From contig CAVTUQ010000019.1 in assembly GCA_963737905.1 (NCBI GenBank), forward strand, positions 96,001 through 160,000: a DNA stretch of 64,000 nt, written 5' to 3'. Source of the stretch: an uncultured delta proteobacterium (GTDB lineage: Bacteria > Desulfobacterota > Binatia > UBA9968). Every line of letters starts with the position of its first letter. Positions within the stretch are counted from its first letter, which is position 1. This document shows positions 36,784-47,472 of this stretch, piece after piece. Below the pieces are notes generated by a model that made no database searches, was not told where the DNA came from, and worked only from the letters and a program-made list of their open reading frames with translations. A program made the translations under genes and the position numbers.

Positions 36784-37923
36784 ATGGTTACAGGAAACGA
36801 TAAAGCCACCACCATTGTCTTTTCGGAAGAAAAATCCGGCCGGTTCAAAGTCGGCTATATCGCGCTTAATAATCCCCGAGCCCTCAATGCTCTGGATCTA
36901 GGGATGCTACAGCAGATGGAGGGTAAGCTTCTTGAGTGGCGGCAGGATGAAGATCTGGCCTGCGTAGTTGTCTACGCGGAATCGGAAAAGGCCTTCTGTG
37001 CTGGCGGCGATGTAAAGTCACTTGTCCTGGCGCTGCAGAGAGACAGAACGATCGCGACAGCCCGCGACTACTTCACCACGGAGTACTTTGTCGATTATCT
37101 CATCCACGTCTATCCCAAACCTATTCTTTGTTGGGCCGACGGCATTACGATGGGCGGCGGCATAGGCATTATGAACGGGGCATCGTCTCGTGTGGTGACT
37201 GAACGCACGGTCATGGCGATGCCGGAGATCGGCATTGGTTTATTTCCGGACGTCGGCGCTACCTATTTCCTCAACCGGCTGCCTGCTGGCCTAGGTTTGT
37301 TCCTCGGTTTAACCGGCGCGCGCTTCGGCGGCTATGACGCGGCCGCCCTTGGAATGGCGGATGGCATCATGCGCTCGGAAAAGAAAGGAGAGATCTTCGC
37401 CGGACTATCCCGCCTCAGTTGGAGTCCGGGGCCTCGAAAGAACAAGCAAACACTACGGGACTATGTCGCTTCAGCCGCCGAACCCACTCCATCCGATGGA
37501 TCGGATCTCCTCAAACGACTCGACATCATCAAGGAACTGACGATTAAAGCAACCGTCGAAGAGGTCGACAGCGCATTTCGAGGCTGGATCGGAAACGACG
37601 AATGGATCAGGAGCGGCATTGACGGCTACCAGAGCGGTTCACCGACGTCCGCGAAGGCGATCTATCAACAACTGACAAGCGGGAGGGAATTGCCTTTGAA
37701 ACAGATTTTCCTTCGCGAGTGGGACATGGCGCTCAATTTTTGCGCGGGCTCCGACTTCTGCGAAGGCGTAAGATCCCGCTTGATCGACAAAGACCAGAAG
37801 CCTCAGTGGGACCCGTCTACGTTAGCGGACGTCAGAAGCGAGGAGGTCGAGCGCTTGTTCTCCAAACAGCATGGCCAGGTCGATCTTCTTGCCCAAAAGT
37901 TTGCCGAGCTGGAGCTTGGCTAA
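36784..37923 (+). CDS. 3-hydroxyisobutyryl-CoA hydrolase-like crotonase
   Basis: [52 protein letters not shown]. Confidence 0.9.
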   Translation: MVTGNDKATTIVFSEEKSGRFKVGYIALNNPRALNALDLGMLQQMEGKLLEWRQDEDLACVVVYAESEKAFCAGGDVKSLVLALQRDRTIATARDYFTTEYFVDYLIHVYPKPILCWADGITMGGGIGIMNGASSRVVTERTVMAMPEIGIGLFPDVGATYFLNRLPAGLGLFLGLTGARFGGYDAAALGMADGIMRSEKKGEIFAGLSRLSWSPGPRKNKQTLRDYVASAAEPTPSDGSDLLKRLDIIKELTIKATVEEVDSAFRGWIGNDEWIRSGIDGYQSGSPTSAKAIYQQLTSGRELPLKQIFLREWDMALNFCAGSDFCEGVRSRLIDKDQKPQWDPSTLADVRSEEVERLFSKQHGQVDLLAQKFAELELG

Positions 37924-38011
37924 GCGGCTGACGTGATCCCATGCATGCTCTTGACAGTGACAAACCGTCCGCGCAATGGTAATTGGGTCAAAGCGGAGCT
38001 CGAAGACTGCC

Positions 38012-38986
38012 ATGACTACCCACCCGCTATTAGAAATTGAATTTCCCGTGATGCGCTATGACATCACGATGCCGATTCTCGAAGGGCGGGTCGCTGTTGA
38101 CGGGGTCAAGCTCAAGCCCGTCAAGTCCTCATCGATGATCCATAAGGAAGACCCGAAAATGAAAGCCGGCGAGTTCGGCCTCTGCGACCTCAATATCGGG
38201 TATTGGCTACCGGCCATCGAAGCGGGGTGGGAGATCGTCGGCTTACCGGTTTTCTCCAAGCGCAAACCCGTCTATCAGCTGATATTCACTCATGCCGATT
38301 CCGGCATTCGCTCTCCCAAAGATTTGGAGGGCAAGAAAGTAGGCTCGCGCACCTACCGAACCGCGCTAACCGTCTGGGCGCGGGGTCTCTTGCATGAACG
38401 CTACGGTGTCGATCTTTCAAAAGTTCAGTGGGTCGTTCAAGCCAAAGAAGTCTTTGCCGTTCATGACCCGGCTGCGAAAATCGAATACGTTGATGACCAG
38501 AAAAACATGGTGGAACGATTGATCGGTGGCGAGCTGGACGCGATGATCACCGATATCTCCGACACCAAGCTGTTCGAAACCCTCGAGAATCATCCCAAAG
38601 TGGATCGACTGTTTCCCGATTACCTCGGCGAAGATAAAAAACTTTACAGGGAAACCGGCATCTATACTCCCGTGCACATGATCGTCATGAGCCGAAAACT
38701 CGACCGACAGCGTCCCGATCTTGCGGCCAAGTTTTACGCCGCTTTCGAGCAAGCGAAGCAAATCGCCTGTGACGATATTCTCAGCGACCGAGGGGGCTTC
38801 TCGGTTGTATACCTGAGAGAGAGAATGAAAGAGCAGCTCGCAGCCTGGGGCGACCCGTGGCAATACGGGCTCACAGCGAATAAATCGACCATCGACGCCT
38901 TCGTCAAATACAATGTCGAACAAGGCATGGTTCGCTCTCAATTTTTTTACGGTGACCTTTTCGCGGCGGGAACGCTCGATACCTGA
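38012..38986 (+). CDS. 4,5-dihydroxyphthalate decarboxylase (OphC/Pht5)-like SBP-fold protein
   Basis: YDITMPILEGRV, LPVF, TALTVWARGLL, RETGIYTPVH, GDPWQYG. No signal peptide. Confidence 0.7.
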   Translation: MTTHPLLEIEFPVMRYDITMPILEGRVAVDGVKLKPVKSSSMIHKEDPKMKAGEFGLCDLNIGYWLPAIEAGWEIVGLPVFSKRKPVYQLIFTHADSGIRSPKDLEGKKVGSRTYRTALTVWARGLLHERYGVDLSKVQWVVQAKEVFAVHDPAAKIEYVDDQKNMVERLIGGELDAMITDISDTKLFETLENHPKVDRLFPDYLGEDKKLYRETGIYTPVHMIVMSRKLDRQRPDLAAKFYAAFEQAKQIACDDILSDRGGFSVVYLRERMKEQLAAWGDPWQYGLTANKSTIDAFVKYNVEQGMVRSQFFYGDLFAAGTLDT

Positions 38987-39009
38987 TCCGTCATGCAGAG
39001 GATGATTTT

Positions 39010-40309
39010 ATGCTTTCCAAAGAAGACAACGAATTGTTAACCCAGACCCACCCGGGTACACCCATGGGCAATTTGATTCGGCGCTATTGGGTTCCCGGGC
39101 TTTTGTCTGAAGAGATTCCCGAACCGGACTGCCCGCCTGTCCGCGTGCGCTTGCTGGGCGAAGCGCTGGTGGCCTTTCGCGATAGCCAGGGGCGCATCGG
39201 CTTGCTGGGTGAGCGTTGTGCGCATCGCGGAACCTCGCTTTTCTACGGCCGCAACGAAGAGTGCGGCTTGCGCTGCGTCTACCACGGCTGGAAATACGAC
39301 GTGAACGGCAATGTGCTCGATACGCCAGCGGAGCCCGGCGACAGCGACTTCAGGAAGAAACTGCGTCACACCGCTTACCCCACGCATGAAGCCGGAGGTG
39401 TGGTCTATGCTTACCTCGGGCCACAGCGACAAGATGCCTCTGTTTCCCAACTATGAATGGACCCAAGTGCCGGTGGATCAAACCTATGTCACCAAGTGTC
39501 TTCTGGAATGCAATTATCTCCAAGGACTCGAAGGCGAGTGCGATTCCTCGCATCTTTCTTTTCTTCATCGCGCGTTTACCAACGAGCGCAATCAGTCGCT
39601 TTACAAGAGCGACACCGCACCCGTCTATGAAACGGAGGAGACGGACTTCGGCGTCCGGTTAATCGCCACCCGAAACTTCGCTGACAACCAACACTACGTT
39701 CGATTTTCCGCCTTTGTCATGCCCGTTTACGGCTGCGTTCCCGCCGGTCGACCGACGAACGAGCTCGATGGCTACGAAATCCATACCTACGTTCCGGCCG
39801 ACGACATCCATTGCTGGCGCTATGATATCGGGTTTCGCCGTACCCGTCCGGTGCAGGAAGACGAAGTTCATCGGCGCAAACAGATCAAGCCGGACTACAC
39901 ACGAATTCGGCACGCGCGCAATAATTATTTGCAGGATCGACAGATGCAGAAGACGGTTAACTTTACGGGCATCGAGGACTTTCTTAACCATGATGCCTGC
40001 GCCACCGAGAGCATGGGGCCGATTTTCGATCGAAGCAAGGAACATCTCGGGGTCAGCGACAAAGCGGTTATCGCCGTGAGAAAATTTCTCTTGAGCAGCG
40101 TGAAAGCCCTCCGGGAGGGAGGGGAACCCCCCCACATCGTCCGCGAAGCACAGTGCAATTGGTTTCCCCATATGGATTGTTTCGCCTGCTTGTTGCCCGA
40201 GGCCGTTCCTTGGCTCCAGCGCTTCGACTATCTGACGCCTTCGGCGGAGAAGGAAAACCCGGCCGGTTTCATGGCGACGCGGAAAAGCGCATCATGGATC
40301 GCTGGCTAG
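39010..40309 (+). CDS. Rieske oxygenase alpha subunit, phthalate 4,5-dioxygenase-like (+1 frameshift near 39424)
   Basis: Rieske motif CAHRG...CVYHGW and mononuclear Fe ligands EGECDSSHLSFLH and HDACATESMG, split across two frames. Confidence 0.85.
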
Positions 40310-40343
40310 GTTTCTCGCAGTGATCCGCGACAACCGAAAAGAC

Positions 40344-41102
40344 ATGAAACGGAACAAGGCTGCGGGTAACGGGAAACTGCGCGTCGCCATCAAGCGCACG
40401 GAGGAAGAGCTTAGAATCGGCGCCAAGATTTTAGAGTGGGAGATCGGAGATATTTGGGGCCATGTTGGCGCGCGGCTATTGGGAGACAACGGCATTGCGG
40501 TGCAAATGTTCCGCCCGCCGGAACAGGGAAACAAGAATTGGCTCGTACGCTTCGACCATTCCCTCAACAAGCTCTCAGGCGTCGGTACGATTCCCCGCGA
40601 GGGAGTGATCTATCCCGCGATTTTTAAACTGCGTCCGGATGTGAATGCCGTCGTGCATTGCCACGCTGCCATGTGCGTCGCTCTCAGCCTGGCCGATCAG
40701 CCCATCGATTGGATACACATGCAATCCTCCCGTTTCAAGGGCGGCACGCCGATCTTTCCGCGGCCGATCTATATCTTGGATCAGTCCGAAGGCATGGCGC
40801 TGGCCGAAACTTTGGGTAGCGCGTCGGCGGTAATGATCAAGGGCCACGGCATTGTGACGGTCGGTGCGACCATCGACGAGGCCTGCATCAATGCGCTTTA
40901 TATGGAGCGCACGGCAAAAATCATGGCGATCGCGCGGCTGCACGGCTACCAGGGACCGACGAAGGAATCGATTCAAATTTTGAGCGCCAGCAAGAAGAAG
41001 CTTTTCACTCGGCCCAGAGCCAATATGCCTCACTCCGCTGAATGGCATTACTACGCCGACAAGATCAAGAAGGGGGAGCGTTGGACGAGAGGCTGGACCT
41101 GA
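40344..41102 (+). CDS. Class II aldolase/adducin family protein
   Basis: WGHVGAR, RPDVNAVVHCH, IKGHGIV. Confidence 0.85.
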   Translation: MKRNKAAGNGKLRVAIKRTEEELRIGAKILEWEIGDIWGHVGARLLGDNGIAVQMFRPPEQGNKNWLVRFDHSLNKLSGVGTIPREGVIYPAIFKLRPDVNAVVHCHAAMCVALSLADQPIDWIHMQSSRFKGGTPIFPRPIYILDQSEGMALAETLGSASAVMIKGHGIVTVGATIDEACINALYMERTAKIMAIARLHGYQGPTKESIQILSASKKKLFTRPRANMPHSAEWHYYADKIKKGERWTRGWT

Positions 41103-41184
41103 TTGGCGCGAGAGTCTCGAGTTGCAGATACGAGTCTCGTGTTAGGCAGCTCCTCTTATCACACCCAAAGAACGGAGAGCTGGT

Positions 41185-42173
41185 ATGATTTTGAATAGGT
41201 GGTTGATTGCCGTCCTTCTTCTGCTGGCCTTGCCGGGCGACCTCGTCGCGCAGGAGCCCTACCTTGTTGCCTATGCGGGGTTTGCGGGTTTTCAAGCGCC
41301 GGTTTGGGCGCCGAAAGATCTCGGACTAATGGCCAAATATGGTTTCAACGGCGACGTCATTTTGGTGCCCGGCTCCGTCCGGCAGATTCAAGCCCTCCAG
41401 GGCGGTAGCATTCACTTTGCCCAGGTGGATGCGGCGACGGCCATCAATGCGATCAATCAGGGGGCGGACCTCGTGATGCTATCCGGTTCGCTCAATTCTT
41501 TTCCCTATAGCTTTATGGCCCAAAAGGAGATCCGCAAGCCCGAAGATTTAGTCGGAAAGAAGATCGGTATTCTGGCCGTGGGCGGGGCCACGGAGACGGC
41601 GACGATTCTGGCGCTCAAGGCCTGGAACGTGCCGCGCCAATCGGTCACGATCTTTCCCGCCGGTGACCCGGTGGCTCGAATCGCCGCACTTTCAACCAAG
41701 GCGATTGATGCCACCGTGCTCTCTTACCCCGATATCAATGAGGCGATTCGCGTGGGCATGCATGCGCTCGCGGACATGAGCGAAATGAAAGAAGCGTCGT
41801 TCCCTATGAACGTGATGGCTGCGCGCCGCTCGTTCGTGGAAAAGAACCGGGACACGGTTAAGCGGTTACAACAAGCCTACGCCGAGGGAACTTACCTGTT
41901 CATAAACAACAAGGAGAAGGGGCTCTCCGTGCTATCGAAGCGTCTCAGGCAAAAAAACCCAAAGGCGCTTGAAGAAACCTATCAATATTTTGCCAAAAAG
42001 TTTTCATTCCCCACGCGCGTATCCCAAGTCGGTCTGCGCAATACCCTGGAGCTGCTCTCGCAGCGAACTTCCGGAGCCAAGATCGATATGAACGTGAACA
42101 AATACCTCGACGAAAGCACCCTCGACGAGCTGGAGCGTGAAGGTTTCTTTAAGCGGTTGGGGGGAAAAGCTGA
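41185..42173 (+). CDS. ABC transporter substrate-binding protein, NMT1/TauA-like (terminal indel likely; ORF as given runs to 42312)
   Basis: Signal peptide and family-typical end LDELEREGFFKRL, followed by a G/A homopolymer and an off-frame TGA at 42171-42173. Confidence 0.8.
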
Positions 42174-42344
42174 GGACACCTGCCAGAGCTTACGGGGTGG
42201 TTTGTCAAACGAATCCAGATTCTTCACCCTGCGGGTTCAGAATGACAGTTGTTGCGATCGCAAGTTGACGCGGCAGGAATCGCCGCAATATAAATTCAGC
42301 CAGGGTGTCTGACACTCACCCAAACTAGAAAAGGAGTCTTCCCT

Positions 42345-43352
42345 ATGCTCAGGCTTTCGGTTTTGTTGTTTGGATGGCTACTCATCTTGGTGGCGCCGCC
42401 CGCCTTCGGGCAAACTACGGCACTCATCGAAGCCGCCAAAAAAGAAGGCGGGAAAGTAATCGTCTATACCTCCATGGAGACGTTTACGGCAGACGCGCTC
42501 CAAAAGGCCTTTCAATCGAAGACCGGCCTGCAAATGGAGTACTGGCGCGGCGGTTCTACCGAGGTCATCGATCGTGTTCTGAGCGAGCACCGCGTCGGCA
42601 AACCAACCTTCGATGTCGTGGCCACCACCGGCGATCACATGCACTTGATGGCGAAGGAAGGTGCCTTCATCAAATACGAATCGCCCTCGTTGAAAGGATT
42701 TGCCAAGGAGGCCATCGATCCGACCCTGGGCGCCCGTTACCGCAACGTCTTGTACGGCGTCATTTATAATAAAAATGGCATCAAAGCATCGGAAGCACCG
42801 AAGACCCTGGAAGATGTAGTCAAACCGGAGTACCGCGGCAAGCTCGTCATGCCCCATCCGGTCAATCACACCCTGACAACGCAATGGCTTGCGAGCCTCG
42901 ACAAGATTATGCCGAAGCCGCGCGCGGAGAAATTTATCCGCGATCTGGCGGCTGCAAAACCCATCTTCGTGGAGTCCATCGTACCGGCGGCCGATCGCGT
43001 CGGCACCGGGGAAACGCCGGTCGGAATCACTTTCGTGCGCTTCGTGTTAACGTACAACAAACAGGGCGCCAATCTTGATTACGTCCGTGACTATAACATG
43101 CTTGGCGACGGGCAATACATCGCCCTGGGAGCCAAGGCGCCCCGAGCCAATGCCGGCAAAGCTTTCATCGACTTCTTCCTCGACGACGAGAGCATGAAAA
43201 TTCAGGCGAACACCGGTGAGTTCGTGAATCGAAAAGGCATCTATCCGCCGCTGGCCGACGCGGACAAAATCAAGTTCGTGCAGATGTATCAGTTTGGGAA
43301 AGAAGATTACGAGATTAAGAAAAAAGAATATCAGAAGATTTTTCTACAGTAG
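42345..43352 (+). CDS. Extracellular solute-binding protein (Fe3+/thiamine-like class)
   Basis: Signal peptide, LIEAAKKEGGKVIVY, APKTLEDVVKPEYRGKL, KAFIDFFL. Confidence 0.82.
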   Translation: MLRLSVLLFGWLLILVAPPAFGQTTALIEAAKKEGGKVIVYTSMETFTADALQKAFQSKTGLQMEYWRGGSTEVIDRVLSEHRVGKPTFDVVATTGDHMHLMAKEGAFIKYESPSLKGFAKEAIDPTLGARYRNVLYGVIYNKNGIKASEAPKTLEDVVKPEYRGKLVMPHPVNHTLTTQWLASLDKIMPKPRAEKFIRDLAAAKPIFVESIVPAADRVGTGETPVGITFVRFVLTYNKQGANLDYVRDYNMLGDGQYIALGAKAPRANAGKAFIDFFLDDESMKIQANTGEFVNRKGIYPPLADADKIKFVQMYQFGKEDYEIKKKEYQKIFLQ

Positions 43353-43369
43353 GTATTCAGGAGAGAACG

Positions 43370-44443
43370 ATGTCAGGATTCGTTATTGATGCCGACGGGC
43401 ATGTGATGGAGCAACACCAGGACCTCTTCGCTCACATCAAAGGAAATTTTGGCGAAATGAATTGGCATTCCACCTGGCCCATGTTCGATGCCGACGGCTG
43501 GCAGCGGGGTCTGTCGCGCAAGGGAAAGCGCGAAGATCCGGATGCCGAGGCGTGGATTCGTTTTCAGAACGAGAACGGCATCGACTGTGCCGTGCTTTAC
43601 CCAACCTCGGCCCTCGCGTTGGGGATGATCCAGCTACCCGCCTGGGCGTCCGCTCTCGCGCAAGGCTATAACGACTGGCTGCACCATCGCTTCATCAGCC
43701 AGACGCCCCGCCTAAAAGGAGTCGCGCTGCTGGCACCGCAGGATCCCAAAGCCGCGGCCGGGGAACTTAGGCGGTCAGTGAAAGAACTCGGCTTCGCTGG
43801 CGGACTGTTGCCCTCGGTGACGAACAATCGCCTCCCCCTGTATGGCTCATCCGTCTTTCACGAAATCTACGATGAGGCTCAACGATTGGATGTGCCCCTC
43901 GCCATCCATGGGGGAGTCAGCCAAAATCTCGGCCTCGACCGCGTCTGCAGTTTTTTGGAGGCGCACATGCTGGAACACCCGGTGGGGTTGTTCCTGCAAA
44001 TTACCAATATGATGTTTCAAGGGGTTTTTCAGGAATTTCCCAGGCTGCGCGTCGCATTTCTGGAAGCCGGGGCCGGCTGGGTGCCGTTCATGATGGACCG
44101 GATGGAGGAAGACTACGAAAAATTCGCCGCCCGTCTGGCGCCGCATCTAAAGAACCCGCCGAGTCATTTTTTTAAAAGCGGCAACATTTTCGTCACGATG
44201 GAAGTTGAGGAACGTACCGCCCCCTATGTCGTCGACCTGCTCCGCCCTGACGTCATCATGTGGGCCTCGGACTTTCCCCACGAGCGCGAGCGCGACCAAT
44301 TCGGCGGCGACCTGCCTCATCTGATGGGACGGAAAGATCTTTCCGACGAGATCAAACAAAAGATGCTCTTCGACAATCCGGTCCGTTTCTATCGGTTCAG
44401 CGAAGGCGATATCGCCGCGGTGAAAAATGCGAAAGGGGATTAG
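43370..44443 (+). CDS. Amidohydrolase_2 family protein (decarboxylase/hydratase type)
   Basis: IDADGH, LAIH, VAFLEAGAGW, WASDFPH, DNPVRFY. Confidence 0.88.
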   Translation: MSGFVIDADGHVMEQHQDLFAHIKGNFGEMNWHSTWPMFDADGWQRGLSRKGKREDPDAEAWIRFQNENGIDCAVLYPTSALALGMIQLPAWASALAQGYNDWLHHRFISQTPRLKGVALLAPQDPKAAAGELRRSVKELGFAGGLLPSVTNNRLPLYGSSVFHEIYDEAQRLDVPLAIHGGVSQNLGLDRVCSFLEAHMLEHPVGLFLQITNMMFQGVFQEFPRLRVAFLEAGAGWVPFMMDRMEEDYEKFAARLAPHLKNPPSHFFKSGNIFVTMEVEERTAPYVVDLLRPDVIMWASDFPHERERDQFGGDLPHLMGRKDLSDEIKQKMLFDNPVRFYRFSEGDIAAVKNAKGD

Positions 44444-44514
44444 GACAACGATCAGTAGCCGATCTCGTCGGAAGGAAGATCGGCTGGCGGCCCATCTTGG
44501 TTGCGAGGTTTATC

Positions 44515-45495
44515 CTACCGGCCCAACAGCTTCCGCACGAAACCCTCTTCTTCCAGCTTCTTCAGATAGCGATCGGTGACATAGTTATTGGCGTTGACTT
44601 TAGCCAATTTTGGCTCGCGCTCGATGAGGGGATCGATTACGGCTTGCATGGCCGTCGCAGAGGGATACGGCACGTCGGGGATGCGCGCTTTGTTGTATTC
44701 GTAAGCTTCTTTCAACAATTCCTGGTCGTTGACGCGGCTAAACTGCGCCAGCGCTTTCAAGGTATATTCCGGCTCGGTCTTGAAAATTTTGATCGCTTCC
44801 AGGTAAGCGCGGAGAAAATTCAAAGTCTTGCTCTCATGCTTTTGCAGCAACTTCGCGCTTCCGCAGATCCCGGTGTTAAAATACGGGATGCCCAGCGCAG
44901 CGGCATCGGCGAGGATATTGAAGTTAAATTTCTTTGCCTCCGAGCCGAAAGGGGCGTTAAAAACCGACGCGTCGATGTTGCCTGATTTGAGAGCGACCAG
45001 CCGCTCCGTTTCGTTACCGATCTGTAGAATCGTTACTTCCTTTGGATCGATACCAACTTTCTTTAGAAGAGTCCGCACTCCGAATTCCGACGACGAACCG
45101 AAGCGGCTGATACCGAAACGTTTGCCTTTTAGCTCCGCTACGCTCTTAATTTGAGATCCCGTTACCAGTTGGTACCCCATGCGATCGTCCGACATGGCGA
45201 TATAGAGGATATCGGCGCCCCGCAAATTGGCGGTTACGCCCGGGGCGCCGGTAAGCTGAGCCACGTCCGCGTCTCCCGAGATCAGGGCTTGAACCGCCGT
45301 ACTGCCACCCGGAACGTAAACCAGAACGGACGACAAGCCGTACTTTGCATAAAGCCCGCGTTTTTCTGCGATCGACGCCAGAAGAGCGTGGGGATTGACC
45401 GAACTATAAATGATCCGCAGGCTTTCTTGGGCGCGAGCATTGGGCTCCGCGAACAGACTCAAGCAGAAACAAAATAGTAGAATCGCAGGCTTCAT
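44515..45495 (-). CDS. ABC transporter substrate-binding protein, NMT1/TauA-like
   Basis: Signal peptide from ATG 45495, GLYAKYGL, ELKGKRFGISRFGSSS, LEEEGFVRKL. Confidence 0.85.
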   Translation of the reverse strand: MKPAILLFCFCLSLFAEPNARAQESLRIIYSSVNPHALLASIAEKRGLYAKYGLSSVLVYVPGGSTAVQALISGDADVAQLTGAPGVTANLRGADILYIAMSDDRMGYQLVTGSQIKSVAELKGKRFGISRFGSSSEFGVRTLLKKVGIDPKEVTILQIGNETERLVALKSGNIDASVFNAPFGSEAKKFNFNILADAAALGIPYFNTGICGSAKLLQKHESKTLNFLRAYLEAIKIFKTEPEYTLKALAQFSRVNDQELLKEAYEYNKARIPDVPYPSATAMQAVIDPLIEREPKLAKVNANNYVTDRYLKKLEEEGFVRKLLGR

Positions 45496-45612
45496 CTTTG
45501 CCTCTCCATCGTCTGCCCCGCAACATCGATAGCTAGAATTTGCGCCATAGCATCCTCCTCGTCGTTTCAATTACGCTTCTACTCGTTTCGTCGGATGGCT
45601 GTCAACGAGGAA

Positions 45613-45683
45613 TGGAGTGATGGAGTATTGGAGTGTTGGACTTTCCAGCGACTTGAGACTCGGAACGCGGAAAATCGAGACTT
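45613..45683. repeat. Short intergenic tandem repeats (8-mer TGGAGTRW x3.5, then degenerate 7-mers)
   Basis: tggagtga tggagtat tggagtgt tgga, then cgacttg agactcg gaacgcg. Confidence 0.55.
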
Positions 45684-45690
45684 GGGTCCG

Positions 45691-46542
45691 CTATGTTCTC
45701 GCGTAGTCCGCGAGGGCGGCACGCCAGTCTCGCATCGGGGACAGACCAAGCTCTTCAGAGAGTACACAGCGCATCGGGGTGTAGCGGGGTCGAACGGCGG
45801 CTCTTTGCATATCCGCTTCCTTCACCACTTCGATGAGAGGGTCGAGCTGCTCTCGACTCAAACCGCCGAGACGTCCCGCTTCCAGGGCGAATTCATAATA
45901 GGAGCAAACACCCTCGTTAACGATATGGTAGGTGCCGTAACGACCTTTGCCCAGAATTTGGAGTATACGCTTGATCAGATCTTCGACGTACGTCGTGCTG
46001 GACCAGATATCGACGATGGCGCGAACCCGTTTCCCGGCGCACAGGTCGTCGTGCACGGTGCAGAGAAAACTATTTTTGCCGCTGCCATAAACCCACGAAG
46101 TGCGAATGATATAGCTCCGACCACAAGCATCCCGTACTGCTTCCTCGCTCGCGACTTTTGTTCTGCCGTATCCATTGACCGGTCGCGGCTCGTCCTTAAT
46201 TGTGTACGGCGGCCGGCCGATGGGCTCGCCGTCAAAGGCATACTGGGTGCTGAAGTGAATGATCTCCGCGTCCAGCCGGGTGGCCGCTGCCGAGAGAAAT
46301 CGCGGTCCCTCGACGTTAACCGCCCGAGCTTTGCCCGGATTTTGTTCGGCCTCGTCGACCTGTATCACTGCACAATTGACGATCAAAGACGGTCTAATGG
46401 AGAGCGCACAACGATTGACGGCATCGCGATCCGTGATATCGAGGTCGCCATGCCTCAGCGCCCATAGGTCGTGATCACCGGCCAATGCGCGTGCCAGATG
46501 GCTGCCCACGAGCCCCTCCGCGCCTGTGACAAGAATTCTCAC
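45691..46542 (-). CDS. rfbD: dTDP-4-dehydrorhamnose reductase-like SDR
   Basis: ILVTGAEGLVG, VNCA, HFSTQYAFDG, YGRTK, RTSWVY. GTG start inferred. Confidence 0.78.
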   Translation of the reverse strand: MRILVTGAEGLVGSHLARALAGDHDLWALRHGDLDITDRDAVNRCALSIRPSLIVNCAVIQVDEAEQNPGKARAVNVEGPRFLSAAATRLDAEIIHFSTQYAFDGEPIGRPPYTIKDEPRPVNGYGRTKVASEEAVRDACGRSYIIRTSWVYGSGKNSFLCTVHDDLCAGKRVRAIVDIWSSTTYVEDLIKRILQILGKGRYGTYHIVNEGVCSYYEFALEAGRLGGLSREQLDPLIEVVKEADMQRAAVRPRYTPMRCVLSEELGLSPMRDWRAALADYART

Positions 46543-46602
46543 TGTGACGACGACTTTAAAACGAACGGGCGCGGTCATCAAGGACGTGAAAAACACCGTT
46601 AA

Positions 46603-47466
46603 TTAACGATTCAGCAACGCGACCGCTATCAGTCCCACGATTAGTCCGAAAGTCTTCAAACGAGAGAGTTGCTCCTTGAACAGGATCATCGCGAGTAATG
46701 AGCTCACGCCAACGACGCCAACGCTGTAGATAGGGAACAATTGCGAGCTCTGCCAACCTTCCAGACTCAGGACTTTGACGAGACAGTAAATCGCACCGTA
46801 GTTTATCAAGCCTAGAAGTCCACCCCATATGAAGTCTCCGGCGTGAACTCCGACTTTATTAAGAATCTGCGCGAGCCCAATGGCAATACTTGTTGCAAAG
46901 GCAAAGAAAAAAGACGTCGTCACGTAGAGGTGGTAGGAAGAACTGTCGAGATAGCGCGCCTGCGTGAACTTCAGCAACGTGAAGTGACAGCCGAACATGA
47001 AGAACACGAGAATCGGCAGGATTCGACGCAACCCTACATGAGTAACGCCCAAGTCCTGCCCGGTCACCGTGCAAAGATAAAGCGACGAGAGCGCGGTTGC
47101 CAACCCGACGATCTTCACGCTGTTCAACGAGTCGCCGTAGAGGAGGAAAGCCAGGATCGCCGGGATAGCCACCGACAACCGACTCGCCAGAGCCGCAACC
47201 GAGACACCCGCGCGCTGGGCGGTATAGGCCAACAAGTAAAAGTTCACGGCGAGAATGAATCCTTGCAGCAGCGCAAACAAAAACCACGGCCGTGATACAA
47301 GCTCGAAAACGTCACGCGACGCCGGGTCGAAGATTGCTCCCACCACCATGCAGGTGAAGTAGTTTATCGGGATTGCCCAGAAGAGATTCACCCGCCAATC
47401 GCCGAACGCCCGGAATAACAACGGCAACGAAGCCGAGCAAAGAATCGCGAGCAACAGGAAAATCAT
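46603..47466 (-). CDS. DMT/EamA-family membrane transporter
   Basis: About 10 TM segments in two repeats, LFKEQLSR..GL end motif. Confidence 0.75.
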   Translation of the reverse strand: MIFLLLAILCSASLPLLFRAFGDWRVNLFWAIPINYFTCMVVGAIFDPASRDVFELVSRPWFLFALLQGFILAVNFYLLAYTAQRAGVSVAALASRLSVAIPAILAFLLYGDSLNSVKIVGLATALSSLYLCTVTGQDLGVTHVGLRRILPILVFFMFGCHFTLLKFTQARYLDSSSYHLYVTTSFFFAFATSIAIGLAQILNKVGVHAGDFIWGGLLGLINYGAIYCLVKVLSLEGWQSSQLFPIYSVGVVGVSSLLAMILFKEQLSRLKTFGLIVGLIAVALLNR

Positions 47467-47472
47467 CGAGGG

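Noticed and set aside
42174-42312. C-terminal extension of SBP 41185-42312
   Set aside because: It runs through a repeat remnant and the next gene's promoter region, and is likely caused by a homopolymer indel.
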